Both the position numbers and the translations under genes were made by a program. The notes beneath the pieces are model-generated. The model was not told where the DNA came from and searched no databases. It worked only from the letters and a program-made list of their open reading frames with translations. Positions 39,701 through 52,200 of a stretch of 64,000 nucleotides of DNA are shown here, piece after piece. Positions within the stretch are counted from its first letter, which is position 1, and each line of letters starts with the position of its first letter. The stretch spans positions 99,574,001 through 99,638,000 of the forward strand of contig CM059431.1 in assembly GCA_030390025.1 (NCBI GenBank), read 5' to 3'. This DNA is from Squalus acanthias (Eukaryota).

Positions 39701-39893
39701 ATGGCAGCGGCTATTGCGAGCTCTCTGATCCGGCAGAAACGACAGGCTCGGGAACACCACTTAGACAGACCGGTTGTTACTAAGCGTATCAATAGTCCTC
39801 ACAAAAAGAAAGGGATCTGCAATGGAAATCTGGTAGATATCTTTTCCAAAGTCAGGATCTTCGGGATGAAGAAGAGGAGACTAAGGAGACCAG
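39701..39893 (+). CDS. FGF14: First coding exon (A-type, 64 codons plus 1 nt) of an intracellular FGF / FHF, most similar to FGF14 isoform 1A
   Basis: MAAAIASSLIRQKRQAREHHLDRPVVTKRINSPHKKKGICNGNLVDIFSKVRIFGMKKRRLRRP. Kozak GCCATGG, phase-1 donor CAG|GTTTGT. CNGNLVDIFSKVRIFG matches FGF14-1A as I recall it. No downstream exons recognised in the window. Confidence 0.85.
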
Positions 39894-41484
39894 GTTTGTA
39901 ATTTTTTTTAATTAAAGAAAATCTTTCTCCCCCCCCCCCTTAGAAAAGATAAACACACACATAGTATTATCTTGAAATTATAAATGCAATGCGAATAATT
40001 ATAATGTGTTTTCTCAGTTGAAGAGAGTGAGGGAGATGCTTCCTGATTTAATTTGTAGAGCGGCTCCTGGTGCGTGACCATTGAAAGGATGCTATCAGGT
40101 GAACAGGATTAAATAGCAGATTTTTTAATATATAGAGAGAGGGTTGGAAATGTGCATCAGTTGGTCCCATTTCACAGCGCGTTCCCACAGTATTCCCTGA
40201 GCCGGAATGAGAAGGTGTACCAGCCTGAGAATCATCAGGTGGGGCCTGAAGATTTAATGTGTAACAGTCACAACACTCGAAAACTGGGTATGGTGTCAAC
40301 ATTTAATAGGCAGACCGGTCTGTCAGCAGTTAAAAAAAGAGCCATTTCTGGGCCCCGGCAGCCTCCGACTAGCGACAGCCCAACTTCTGAGCAAATGCAG
40401 GGAATATTCTCTTTAATCGTATAATCCCCACCTTTCTCTTAATTCTACCAACTGCCAACCTCGCGGGAGATGCTTGTAATCCTGATAATGTAGGATGAAC
40501 ACGGTGGCGTGCAATTGGAAATTGCTGCCTTCCAAACCTATCTAAAAGGATCAATATGCCGCAGAAATCGGCAATAAAGGTGCATGGGGGACCCCCCCCC
40601 CCCCCCCCGAAAATAGATCCAGGCGTTCCATTATTAATCCTAATTTATTTTGTGGATCTGCAGACAATGTTGACGCCCCACTGCCCGTAAGTTGTGTTTG
40701 TCTTGAATCCGATGGTATATTTGCAGGTGTTCGGTGTTGTGGCTCACCTGTACCTCCCCGTCTGTTCCTTGGACCGACATAATCATATCCAGATTGTGAT
40801 GCATGCGAGTATACTCATTGCACGGTGGCCAGAGAGAAGGTTGTGGAGGCGCCGGTCAGACCAGACGGCAGCGCGCACCCTTTAGCTTCTCCGTCTCCTG
40901 CCAAATAGCCAGAGCACAGAGAACAGCGCCAAGTCTACAACAACCATCGTCCAACCGCACCAAGTTAGAAATCCTGCAGCGAGCTCCAAGTTTCAGATAA
41001 ATGCCCCAAAAAAAATCAACCGAGGAGAAATAGAAATCGAGCATGAAGGAGATGTCGAGGTGCCCAGTGCTCTAAGCTGTCTGAAGCCCTGGTTCCACGC
41101 TCGTGCAATGAAACTTCGAAGGGCGATTATTCAGTGTACATTTCCACTCCACCCCTCAGCCTCATCACTGTTAAAGCACCGCTCTGTCCTCTCTGTAGAG
41201 GATGGATCCGAGCAACACTTCTTTCAAATCCCGACACCAATTCCATGCCGGATTCTTCCGAGGGAGTGCCATTGTCGGCGGGAGGAACGGTTCCTTCTAT
41301 CGCCTAGCCCTGTATTTACAAGCTTTCAAAGTTGGTTTGAAAGAAGCCTTTTTGTCGTGTGTTGGTACACTCTCGAGTACAACATTAAACCCAAGCAGGA
41401 AGCCCATTAAAGTTGGAATTGGAATTGGAAAATAGGCTCCGAGTCATTCTGGCAGGACAGAGCAAGACAATAATATAATACAGT

Positions 41485-41581
41485 AATAAAAACAGAAACT
41501 GCTGGAAACAGTCAGCAGGCCAGGCAGCATCTGTGGAGAGAGAAACCGAGTTTCAGGTCGATGACCCTTCGTCAGAACTGG
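41485..41581 (-). mobile_element. Penelope-like element terminal fragment with hammerhead-like core
   Basis: Minus strand CTGACGA-AGGGTCATCGACCT-GAAAC next to CTCTCTCCACAGATGCTGCC...CCAGCAGTTTCTGTTTTTA, resembling a common elasmobranch repeat. Confidence 0.55.
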
Positions 41582-43497
41582 TCCAGTTTGTTGGATCCAG
41601 CGTGCAGTTTGAGTGATGATTGAAGGAGTTGGGTAAAAATGAACAGGTAGAGTTTTGACAAATTCAGTGATTGTTTAATAGGACAGGGAAAGGGGATTCT
41701 ATTTGCCTTGTTGATATTCGCCCCAAATACAAGAATCACGTTTACACATCACAAGTAAAAACCATCGGGAAAGTTGTCAACATCGAACTTATTTTTCTAA
41801 TTCTTTGTTTGTTCCAGCTATTTAACCAATTTTTTTTTACTATCTTGGCATGGTTTTAAACCCGCTTCAGTGTAAGACTTGGCCGTGATCCCCTGCTCCA
41901 GGTTGGAGCTGTCGAGATTGGCTTTGTTGCTGCAGACTAGCTCACCCCAGACTGCACGGGGGCCACTGTCTGAAGGACAGTTCTCAGCACTTCTTCCAGG
42001 TTCAATTGCTTTCAGTGCCAAACACTTCTGACAAGTACAGTGCACCGTCCATCTATATATATAAAACCCCGCTATGTTACTTTGTTGGAGATATGTAGCA
42101 TGGATAAGCCTTGCTGACGGCATCAAAGGTCGAGTCTGGCAGAATTGCAGGGCTTGAGACAGTGAAGTATTCCAAACATGTCTCGGCCATTTAACAATAA
42201 CACATGTTGTTAACTTTCTGTCAGTAAATATCAGATTTGAAATAGGAATTCTGTGGAAAATCTCGGGCTGTTGTGTGGAATGAAGTCTGTACTTTACCTC
42301 GGAAGAATTGCTTTCACAATAAGTAGAATTGATAAATAATGTGTTCAGTGAAATCCATTGTTCTGAGCTCGGACCCCAGCTGCACTGAGATTGTGTCTTG
42401 GGTAGCCGCAGCTCTCGCTCTTGCATCATTTGCAAACAGAAAATAAAATAATGAAGTGTTCCTCAGAATAAGTAGCCCGGATTTGAAAAGAATGCGCCAC
42501 TCTGGGAAACCAGTCTCCAGAGGGCTATGGAGCCCGGGTTCACCCCGGGTGTCTGCAGGAGCAGATTAACCTCAGTGAGCACGGAAGTCAAATCCGAATC
42601 CTTCGGCTATTTTTGTTTTGAGTGGCCAGCCTGCAATGCTTTACAAACATGCTCGGGAATTTATTCTGTTACCTTGAATCACCGAGGCACCGCTTGCTGG
42701 AGTTCAATATTTCCCTGGTGGGTGATGTGAATGGAATTCAGTGCATGTTAACTGGCGCGAGCAGCTGGTGCTGGGCTCACAATATAATCTTTAAATAAAT
42801 TATTTTTGAATTCCATACAAATTATATATATATATATAGAACTAGTAATTCATTCTTGTTTGTCACAGGGAGACCTATTTTATCCCAAACGATTTGTTAT
42901 TTCCAGTTTATTTTTTCCAGACTAGTGTGGTTTGTCTGCATCCTATGGCTCCTTGAGCTAAGAAATGTCCACCTGATTGCATGCATTTACACTTTTATAG
43001 TTTATGTCCTGGTAATAAACTGGCAAAAAATAAAGATAAAATGTGCCCTCCAACACTGTAACGTCTGTCTTTAAGTTTCACCTTTATCACACTTTCCTCG
43101 ACGTTGCTGGTTCTCTATTACTGCATAATAGTGAGAATGAAAATTATTTTAAAAGATTGGGTGGCGAGCTCAAGGCACGAATTCAATCTATGACTTGTGC
43201 TTATGTCCATAATCGGACATGCGTGTAACCCCTTTAATGTGGACAAGCATCCCAAGGTACTTCACAGAAGCATAAGGTGGGTGGAGGAACCTTTTGTGAT
43301 CATTCCTTGTTGTCTGCAGTGCCTCCAGAAACAGTTGATTGGATTCCTGACTTCTAAGTTGTTGCTAGCTCTCTATTATCCTATATAATATTGACAAGCT
43401 TTGCTAGTCCCCTGTAATATACAGTCCTGACAATACCACCGCTGGTCATATCATGGCCGATATCCCTTTTGTTCAAGTCATGTGGTTCAATCATGGT

Positions 43498-43929
43498 CAT
43501 AAGAATATAAGAAATAGGAGCAGGAGTCAGCCATTCGGCCCTTCGAGCCTGCTCCGCCGTTCAATAAGATCATGGCTGATCTTCGACCTCAACCCCACTT
43601 TCCTGCCCAATCTCCGTATCCCTCGATTCCCCTAGAGCCCAAAAATCTATCTATCTCAGCCTTGAATATACTCAAAGACTCAGCATGCACAGCCCTCTGG
43701 AGTAGAGAATTCCAAAGATTCACAACCCTCCGAGTGAAGAAATTCCTCCTCATCTCAGTCTTAAATGGCTGACCCCTTATCCCGAGACTATGCCCCCTAG
43801 TTCTAGACACTCCAGCCAGGGGAAACAGCCTCTCAGCATCTACCCTGTCAATCCCCTTCAGAATCTTGTATGTTTCAATGAGATCACCTCTCATTCTTCT
43901 AAACTCCAGAGAGTATAGGCCCATTCTAC
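43498..43929 (-). mobile_element. CR1 3' fragment
   Basis: Translation GLYSLEFRRMRGDLIETYKILKGIDRVDAERLFPL...RRNFFTRRVVNLWNSL and a TTCTTATG-type tail. Confidence 0.93.
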
Positions 43930-43969
43930 ACATGTGCTGCAGAATAAAAATGGAAAACTATAACCAATT

Positions 43970-44293
43970 TATTATTCATTCTCGGGATGTGGGTGACGCT
44001 GGCAAGGCAGGCATTTATTGCCCACCCCTTGGACCATTGATAACGAGTGGTTTGATACAACTGAGTGGTTTGCGAGGCCACTTCAGAGAGCAGTTAAGAG
44101 TCATTGGTGTGGGACTGGAGTCACATATAGGCCCAGACCGGGTAAGGATGGCAGGTTCCCTTCCCTAAAGGGATTTTAGTTGGGTTTTTATGACAGTCCG
44201 ACAGCTTCATGGTCACTTTTACTCAGACCAGTTTTTTTATATTTCCAGATTTATTTTAAACTGAATTCCAATTTGCATGGTGGGATTTGAACT
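43970..44293 (-). mobile_element. SINE of the family at 28092-28482
   Basis: Reverse complement is collinear (CCTTACCCGGTCTGGGCCTATATGTGACTCCAG, CCTTGCCAGCGTCACCCACATCCC). Confidence 0.8.
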
Positions 44294-44484
44294 AAGGTTC
44301 AATGATTGATTTGGTCCTCCCTAATTCAGGGATGTTGAGGTCAATTGTTGCACCTCTAACAGCCCTCCTGTGGAGGTCAAACTCAGACCAGGAATCAAAC
44401 TTGGGGATTTCCTGGTCTTTGCGGTACAGCTGTCAACTGGATAAAACCACTGAGGTTTCAGGATTTGCTGTTCATTGCTACTGA

Positions 44485-44771
44485 TTACATAATATTTACA
44501 GCACAGAAACAGGCCTTTCGGCCCAACTGGTCCGTGCCGGTGTATATGCTTCACACGAAACTCCTCCCACCCCTCTTCATCTCACCCTGTCAGCATAACC
44601 TTCTATTCCTTTCTCCCTCATGCGTTTATCTCGCTTCCCCTTAAATGTATCTCGGCTATTCGCTTCAACCACTCCCTGTGGTAGCGAGTTACACATTCTC
44701 ACCACTCTCTGGGTAAAGAAGTTTCTCCTGAATTCCCTATTGGATTTATTAGTGGCTATCTTGTATTTATG
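44485..44771 (-). mobile_element. CR1 3' fragment, subfamily of 27538 and 33521
   Basis: Near-identical to 33540-33812. Confidence 0.9.
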
Positions 44772-45187
44772 TTTTGGATATTTTTATTTAATGGTGAGTG
44801 CTAATAAGATCATCAGAGGAACTGGTTGGAATGATTTACAATGCCCAACATTAGCAGAGATACAGCAATGAACTCAGCTACTACATAGGCATTGTCATAT
44901 TAAAATGTGTTAAAATAAATCCTTCTCGTCGTTTCTCTAATATCTTCAGCACTCCCCAATTAAGCAATTATTAGTCCAGGCCCCTGAATTTCTATTCCAG
45001 TAATATAACCATTACACTATCATACCTGTGCAACTAATCAAACAATAGTATGTAATGTCTATATATCACATCTCAAGATTGAGTTGATGTTGATAAATTG
45101 TTTGAGCTTCACTCTTGAAGTTTTTCAGACAATCCAAACTCCTCTAAATCTTATTGTCTTGTGTCTTGTAACAACCTAAAATCCCCA

Positions 45188-45337
45188 GGGGTGAATTCCA
45201 GTAAATCTGTCCACCTTAACTTCAATGGAGGAACCATGGAAACCCTGGAAAAGGCATCAACAGTTTCCCGGGATTCTGCAGCTGCTCCGCCATAGTTACA
45301 AGAGACAAGCGAGAGATTCCCCATGGAAATTCACCCC
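45188..45337. mobile_element. Palindromic MITE (about 150 bp)
   Basis: TIRs GGGGTGAATTCCA / TGGAAATTCACCCC and internal inverted match GAAACCCTGGAAA / TTTCCCGGGATTC. Confidence 0.65.
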
Positions 45338-45359
45338 CTTGAATTATTCACCTTATTTG

Positions 45360-45716
45360 AATTATGAAGGGATTTTGATTGAGTCGATAGAGAGAAACTG
45401 TTTCCAGTGGCAGGAGGGTCGGTAACCAGAGGGCACAGCTTGAAGGTAATTGGCAAAACACCCAGAGGGGAGATGAGGAGAATTTTCTTGACGCAGTGAG
45501 TTGTGATCTGGAATGCGCTGCCTGAAAGGGCGGTGGAAGCAGATTCAATAGTAATTTTCAAGAGGGAATTGGATAAATACTTGAGAAGGTGAAATTTACA
45601 GGGCTATGGGGAAAGAGCAGAGGAGTGGGACTAATTGGAGAGCTCTTTCAAAGAGCCGGCACAGGCACGATGGGCCGAATGGCCTCTTTCTGTGCTGTAT
45701 GGTTCTCTGATTTTAT
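45360..45716 (+). mobile_element. CR1 3' fragment
   Basis: TRGHSLKVIGK..RGEMRRIFLTQ coding remnant and tail GGCACGATGGGCCGAATGGCCTC. Confidence 0.88.
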
Positions 45717-45723
45717 GGACTTT

Positions 45724-46146
45724 GCTGTTCCATTCACTCATCACCCCTGTGCTCGCTGACCTACATTGACCCCCGGTCCGGCAACTCCTCAATTTTAAAA
45801 TTCTCATCCTCGCGTTCAAATCCCTCCATGCCATCACCCCTCCCAATCTATGTAACCTCCTCCAGACCTACAATCCTCCGAGATCTCTGTGCTCCTCCAA
45901 ATCGGGCCTCTTATGAATCCCCAATTTCCATCGCTCCAGCAATGGTGGCCGACCTTTCAGCAGCCCTAAGCTTTGCGATTCCCTCCCTAAACCTTTCCGC
46001 CTCTCTCTCATTATTTGAGACGCTCCTTAAAGCTTAACTCTTTAACCAACCTGTTGGTCACCTGTTCTAATGTTTCTCTCGATGCCAGTTTTTGCTCCTG
46101 TGAAGCGCCTCGTGACGTTAAAGGCGCTATATAAATGCAAGTTATT
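45724..46146 (+). mobile_element. L2-clade LINE 3' fragment
   Basis: Degenerate ITPVLADLH.PPVRQLLNFKILILAFKSLH motif typical of L2 ORF2 ends, and tail AAAGGCGCTATATAAATGCAAGTT. Confidence 0.82.
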
Positions 46147-47617
46147 ACCGCTTAGCTGAGGTGGGCTATCAAAGGGCTATCTCAAAAATGGCACAGTTAA
46201 TTTTAAAGGAATCACTCCTTGGCTGTTCAAATATATCAACTTATGTTTTAATGGATAACATTCAATAGCAGAAGAACAGCAACGTGTTAAATAGAAATAA
46301 AATGAAGTCACTGGCATGTTTCTTTGCCCAGCTTCCGAGACAGTCCCACAACTGAATAGCGTAGGACACTGAAACATGACTGTAATGCTATTATTTCAGA
46401 GATTAGAAATGGCCCTCACTTCACTCTTGCAATTGGTGCCATTATTGTACCAAGCCATCAGATTGCAGACGTTTAGTCGCTCTCTGCTGCTCCACAGATG
46501 GAACCACTGTGGAGAGAGAAGGGGCAGGAGAAGGACACATGCCTTCACGCCTCTCAGATTTATTTGGTATGTTCCCCTTTCAAAATCCTGGCATTGCCCC
46601 CAACTATTTATATACAGTTGTGCCACTGAGCTGTCTATCATCTTCTATGCGTCATTATTGGACTTTACAGTTTCTGTATTTCTGTATTTTTGATAAATTA
46701 CTGCTGTCATTAATCACATATTAAAATGCTGCTTTTTAAACAACCTTTCTGGGAGGGTTATTAGACTTTCCTTAATTCTCTTTATTTCTTTATAACAAAT
46801 TTTGTTTTTTCATGTTGTCTTTTGCCTGTGTTGGGTCTGACTTTAATTTATTTAAAATTGTAGGTATCATTTCCATATACCATAAAAAACATCTACCGGG
46901 CAGTGTACATGTTGCAATCTCAATAAATCTCTTGGTTTTGCTCCTGACGCTAAAATTACCCCCTTGCCAGCCTGTGGCTCCCCTAACAGGATTATTTTGT
47001 AGAAATGACAACAGTCTTGCAGCACCCAAAAAGTCTCATATTGGCTCGGCTTTTAACTGTTAAATATCTCAGGACGTATTATTAAATCATGCGTGTGAAA
47101 TAAACATTGTCCTGTTTTCAAAACGAATCTGTCACCTCACCCCCGGAAACAAAATTCGGAAAAAACAGAATATGGTTGAGCATTGTCTGTATTTGTGAGG
47201 AAAGCATTGCGAGATCAGGTTGATATTGAGGGGATACAATCCTGAGTGTGTGTCAGTGTTCGGGAACCTCACCGGCAGTCATTGCCAGCAGTCTGCCTGT
47301 GATTTTCGGATACCTGCTGCCGACGCCGGGAGTTCTGCACCACCAGCATTGAGTTATTCCCTCCCATATCTGTGAAAGGTGAGCATGTCCGAGAGATAGT
47401 GAATACACAGCTAGTTCACTGCAAAATGTTACCTTGTAATCTACTTCTACCAATCAGATGACTATTAAACTATCGACATCAGAAAAGACAAGGATGAGGA
47501 AAGGCCATCCCTCTAGAATCCCATTGCTCAAATCTCAACATCCAACTGTCCTTTGAACAACCCTTCCACCTTTACCTCCAACTTGTCTGGCCAACCTGTC
47601 CAAATATTTATCACTCA

Positions 47618-48726
47618 GAATAAGAACATAAGAACATAAGAACATAAGAAATAGGAGCAGGAGTAGGCCAATCGGCCCCTCGAGCCTGCTCCGCCATTCA
47701 ATAAGATCATGGCTGATCTGATCCTAACCGCCAATCTACTATCTATCACAGAACCATCTCCTGCATCTAACAGAATTGCACACACGAAATAGGAGCAGAA
47801 TCAGGCTACACAGTCCCTGGGCCCGCTCCACTACCCACAGGGCCATGACCGATCCGAACCTAGACTCATGTCCAAATTCCTGCCCGCTCCCCGTAACCCT
47901 TAATGCCCTTTACTTCTAGGAAACTGTCTATTTCTGTTTTAAATTTAATTAATGTTGTAGCTTCTACAGCTTTTTGTGGCAGCATATTCCATGGACCTAC
48001 CACCCTCTGAGTGAAGTAGTTCCTCCTCATCTCAGTTTTGAAAGAGCAGCCCCTTATTCTAAGACTATGTCCCCTAGTTCTCGTCTCACCCGTCATCGGG
48101 AACATCCTCCCCGCATCCACCCGATCCAACCCCTTCACAATCTTATATGTTTCAATAAGATCGCCTCTCATTCTTCTGAACTCCAATGAGTAGAGTCCCA
48201 ATCTACCCAACCTCTCCTCATATGACCACCCCCTCATCCCCGGGATTAACCGAGTGAACCTTTTTTGCACTGCTTCGAGAGCAAGGATGTCTTTCCTTAA
48301 GTAAGGACACCAAAACTGTATGCAGTATTCCAGGTGCGGTCTCACCAATACCTTGTACAACTGAAGCAATACCTCCCTATTTTTATATTCTATCCCCCTA
48401 GCAATGAAAGCCAACATTCCATTTGCCTTCTTAATCACTTGCTGCACCTGCATACTAACCTTTTGAGTTTCGTGCACCAGGACCCCCAGATCCCTTTGCA
48501 CTTCAGTACTCTCCAGTTTCTTGCCATTAAGATAATAAATTGCTCTAGGATTTTTCCTGCCAAAGTGCATCACCTCACACTTTCCAGTGTTGTATTCCAT
48601 CTGCCAAATCTCTGCCCACTTACTTAGCCTGTCTATGTCCCCTTGCAGGTTTTTTATGTCCTCCTCACTCACTACTTTCCCTCCCATCTTTGTATCATCT
48701 GCAAATTTTGATATGTTACACTTGGT
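47618..48726 (-). mobile_element. CR1 LINE, 5'-truncated, with an uninterrupted 273-codon ORF2 C-terminus (47866-48687)
   Basis: KFADDTK motif at the 5' end, LQGDIDRLSKWAEIWQMEYNTGKCEVMHFG...LVRPHLEYCIQFWCP, and a (TTCTTATG)n tail. Confidence 0.95.
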
Positions 48727-49259
48727 CGAATATCTGTTTCACTCATTTGAATTTATGATCTTTGGTCACACTTTCTCGTTTACTTTGAAATAATATTCCA
48801 GCTTTACCTTATTTAGACCATATCATATTTTACATGCGTCAATTAAGTTCCCTCCTCAACACCCCACTTTTGGGCTAGAGTTCCTTTAATCTTTCTCTCA
48901 GTGCACATCACTTTGACACCAAGGATCAAGCGTATTGCCTTTTTCTGTTCCATCTCCAATACTTGTCTGTCTTCTTTCAATAGGATGATGACCAGAGCTG
49001 AAGGCTGCACTTCAAATATGGTCTATATAGTACAATGTACAGCCAGAGCAGAATTTCAACAAGATTGTACTCTATTCCACAGGTTATCAGCATTTCATTT
49101 GTTTGTTTTTAAATAGTCTATAAATTGAGTGTGATAAGTCTACTATTACACATAGTTCTCTTCCCATGTCTTCATCAGCTGCTCCAATTGATTAATTGTG
49201 TAATTACTGAGGGCGAAATTCAACATTGGTGGGAATGCAAAATGGATAGGAGCAGACCG

Positions 49260-52200
49260 GCCGCCCGTTACACACCCCGCCTATTACACCCGCCCGTTAT
49301 ACACCCCGCCTATTACACCCGCCCGTTACACACCCCGCCTATTACACCCGCCCGTTACACACCCCGCCTATTACACCCGCCCGTTACACACCCCGCCCAT
49401 TACACCCGCCCGTTACACACCCCGGCCATTACACCCGCCCGTTACACACCCCGCTCATTACACCCGTCCGTTATAAACCCCGCCCGTTATACACCCCGCC
49501 TATTACACCCTGCCTATTACACCTGTCCGTTATACACCCCGCCCATTACACCCGCCCGTTATAATCCCGCCCATTACACCCGCCCATTACACACCCCGCC
49601 TATTACACCTGCCCGTTATACACCTCGCCTATTACACCCACCCGTTACACACCCCGCCTATTACACCCGCCCGTTACACACCCCGCCTCTTACCCCCACC
49701 CGTTATACACCCCGCCTATTACACCCGCCCGTTATACACCCCGCCTATTACACCCGCCCGTTACACACCCCGTCCAATATACACCCCACCTATTACATGC
49801 GCCCGTTATACACACCGCCCGTTATACACCCCGCCTATTACACCCGCCCGTTATAGACCCCGCCTATTATACCCGCCCGTTATACACACCACCCGTTATA
49901 CACCCCGCCTATTACACCTGTCCGTTATACAACCCGCCCATTACACCCACCCGTTATACACCCCGCCCATTACACCCGCCCGTTACACACCCCGCCTATT
50001 ACACCTGCCCGTTATACACCCCACCTATTACACCCGCCCGTTACACACCCCGCCCATTATACACCCGCCTGTTATACACCCCGCCTATTACACCCGTCCG
50101 TTATACACCCCGCCTATTAGACCCTGCCCATTATACACCCCGCCTATTACACCCTGCCCGTTATACACCCCGCCTATTACACTCGCCGTTATACACCCCG
50201 CCTATTACACCCGCCCGTTATACACCCCACCTATTACACCCGCCTGTTATACACCCCGCCTATTACACCCGCCCGTTATACACCCCGCCTATTACACCCG
50301 CCCGTTATACACCCCACCTATTACACCCGCAGGTTATACACCCCACCTATGACACCCGTCCATTATACACCCCGCCTATGACACCCGTCCATTACACACC
50401 CCGCCTATGACACCCGCCCGTTATACACCCCGCCTATTACACCCGTCCGTTATACATCCCGACTACTACACCCGCCCGTTATACACCCCGCCTATTACAC
50501 CCGTCCATTATACACCCCGCCTATTACACCCGCCCGTTATACACCCCGCCCTTTATACACCCTCCCGTTATACACCCCGTCTATTACACCTGACCGTTAT
50601 AAACCCCGCCCATTATACACCCGCTCGTTATACACACCGCCCATTATACACCCGTCCGTTACACACCCCACCTATTACAACAGCCCGCTACTCACCCCGC
50701 CTATTACACCCGCCCGTTATACACCCCGCCTATTACACCAGTCCGTTACACACCCCGCCTATTACACCTGTCCGTTATAAACCCCGCCCATTACACCTGC
50801 CCGTTATACAGACCGCTCATTATACACCCCGCCCATTACACCCGCCCGTTATACACCCCGCCCATTACACCCGCCCGTTACACACCCCGCCTATTACACC
50901 CGCCCGTTATACACCCCGCCTATTACACCCGCCCATTACACACCCCGCCCATTATACACCCGCCCGTTATACACTCCGCCTATTACACCCGTCCGTTATA
51001 CACCCCGCCTATTAGACCCTGCCCATTATACACCCCGCCTATCACACCCTGCCCGTTATACACCCCAGCTATTACAGCTGCCCGTGACACACCCCGCCTA
51101 TTACACCCGCCCGTTACACACCCCGCCTATTACACCTGTCCGTTATACACCCCGCCCATTACACCCGCCTTTTATACACCCCGCCCATTACACCCGCCCG
51201 TTACACACCCCGCCTATTACACCTGCCCGTTATACTCCCCGCCTATTACACCAGCCCGTTACACACCCCGCCCATTATACACCCGCCCGTTATACACCCC
51301 GCCTATTACACCCATCCGTTATACACCCCGCCTATTAGACCCTGCCCATTATACACCCCGCCTATTACACCCTGCCCGTTATACACCCCGCCTATTACAC
51401 CCGCCCGTTATACACACCGCCTATTACACCCGCCCGTTATACACACCGCCTATTACACCCGCCTGTTATACAACCCGCCTATTAAACCCGCCTGTTATAC
51501 ACCCCGCCTATTACACCCGCCCGTTATACACCCCACCTATTACACCCGCAGGTTATACACCCCGCCTATGACACCCGTCCATTATACACCCCGCCTATTA
51601 CACCCGCCCATTATACACCCTGCCCTTTAAACACCCTCCCGTTATACACCCCGCCTATTACACCTGACCGTTATAAACCCCGCCCATTATACACCCGCCC
51701 GTTATACACACCGCCCATTATACACCCGTCCGTTACACACCCCGCCTATTACACCCGCCCGTTACTCACCCCGCCTATTACACCCGCCCGTTATACACCC
51801 CGCCTATTATACACCCGCCCGTTATACACCCCGCCTATTACAGCAGCCCGTTATACACCCCGATTATTACACCCGTCCGATATACACCCCGCCTATTATA
51901 CATCCGCCCGTTATACATCCTGCCTATTACACTCGCCCGTTATACACCCCGCCTATTACACTCGCCCGTTATACACCCCGCCTATTACACCCGCCCGTTA
52001 TACACCCCACCTATTACACCCGCCTGTTATACACCCCACCTATTACACCCGCCTGTTATACACCCCGCCTATTACACCCGCCCGTTATACACCCCGCCTA
52101 TTACACCCGCCCGTTATACACCCCACCTATTACACCCGCAGGTTATACACCCCACCTATGACACCCGTCCATTATACACCCTGCCTATGACACCCGTCCA

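Noticed and set aside
39686..39901. ORF as called (TTG start, stop at 39901)
   Set aside because: The real start is the Kozak ATG at 39701 and the frame leaves at the splice donor after 39893.
41850..41877. Possible alternative first exon ATGGTTTTAAACCCGCTTCAGT|GTAAG
   Set aside because: Phase is compatible, but it does not resemble known FHF alternative N-termini and such short matches arise by chance.
41818..42435. 205-aa minus-strand ORF in intron 1
   Set aside because: Non-ATG start and no recognisable domain. Likely chance, though a homology search was not possible.
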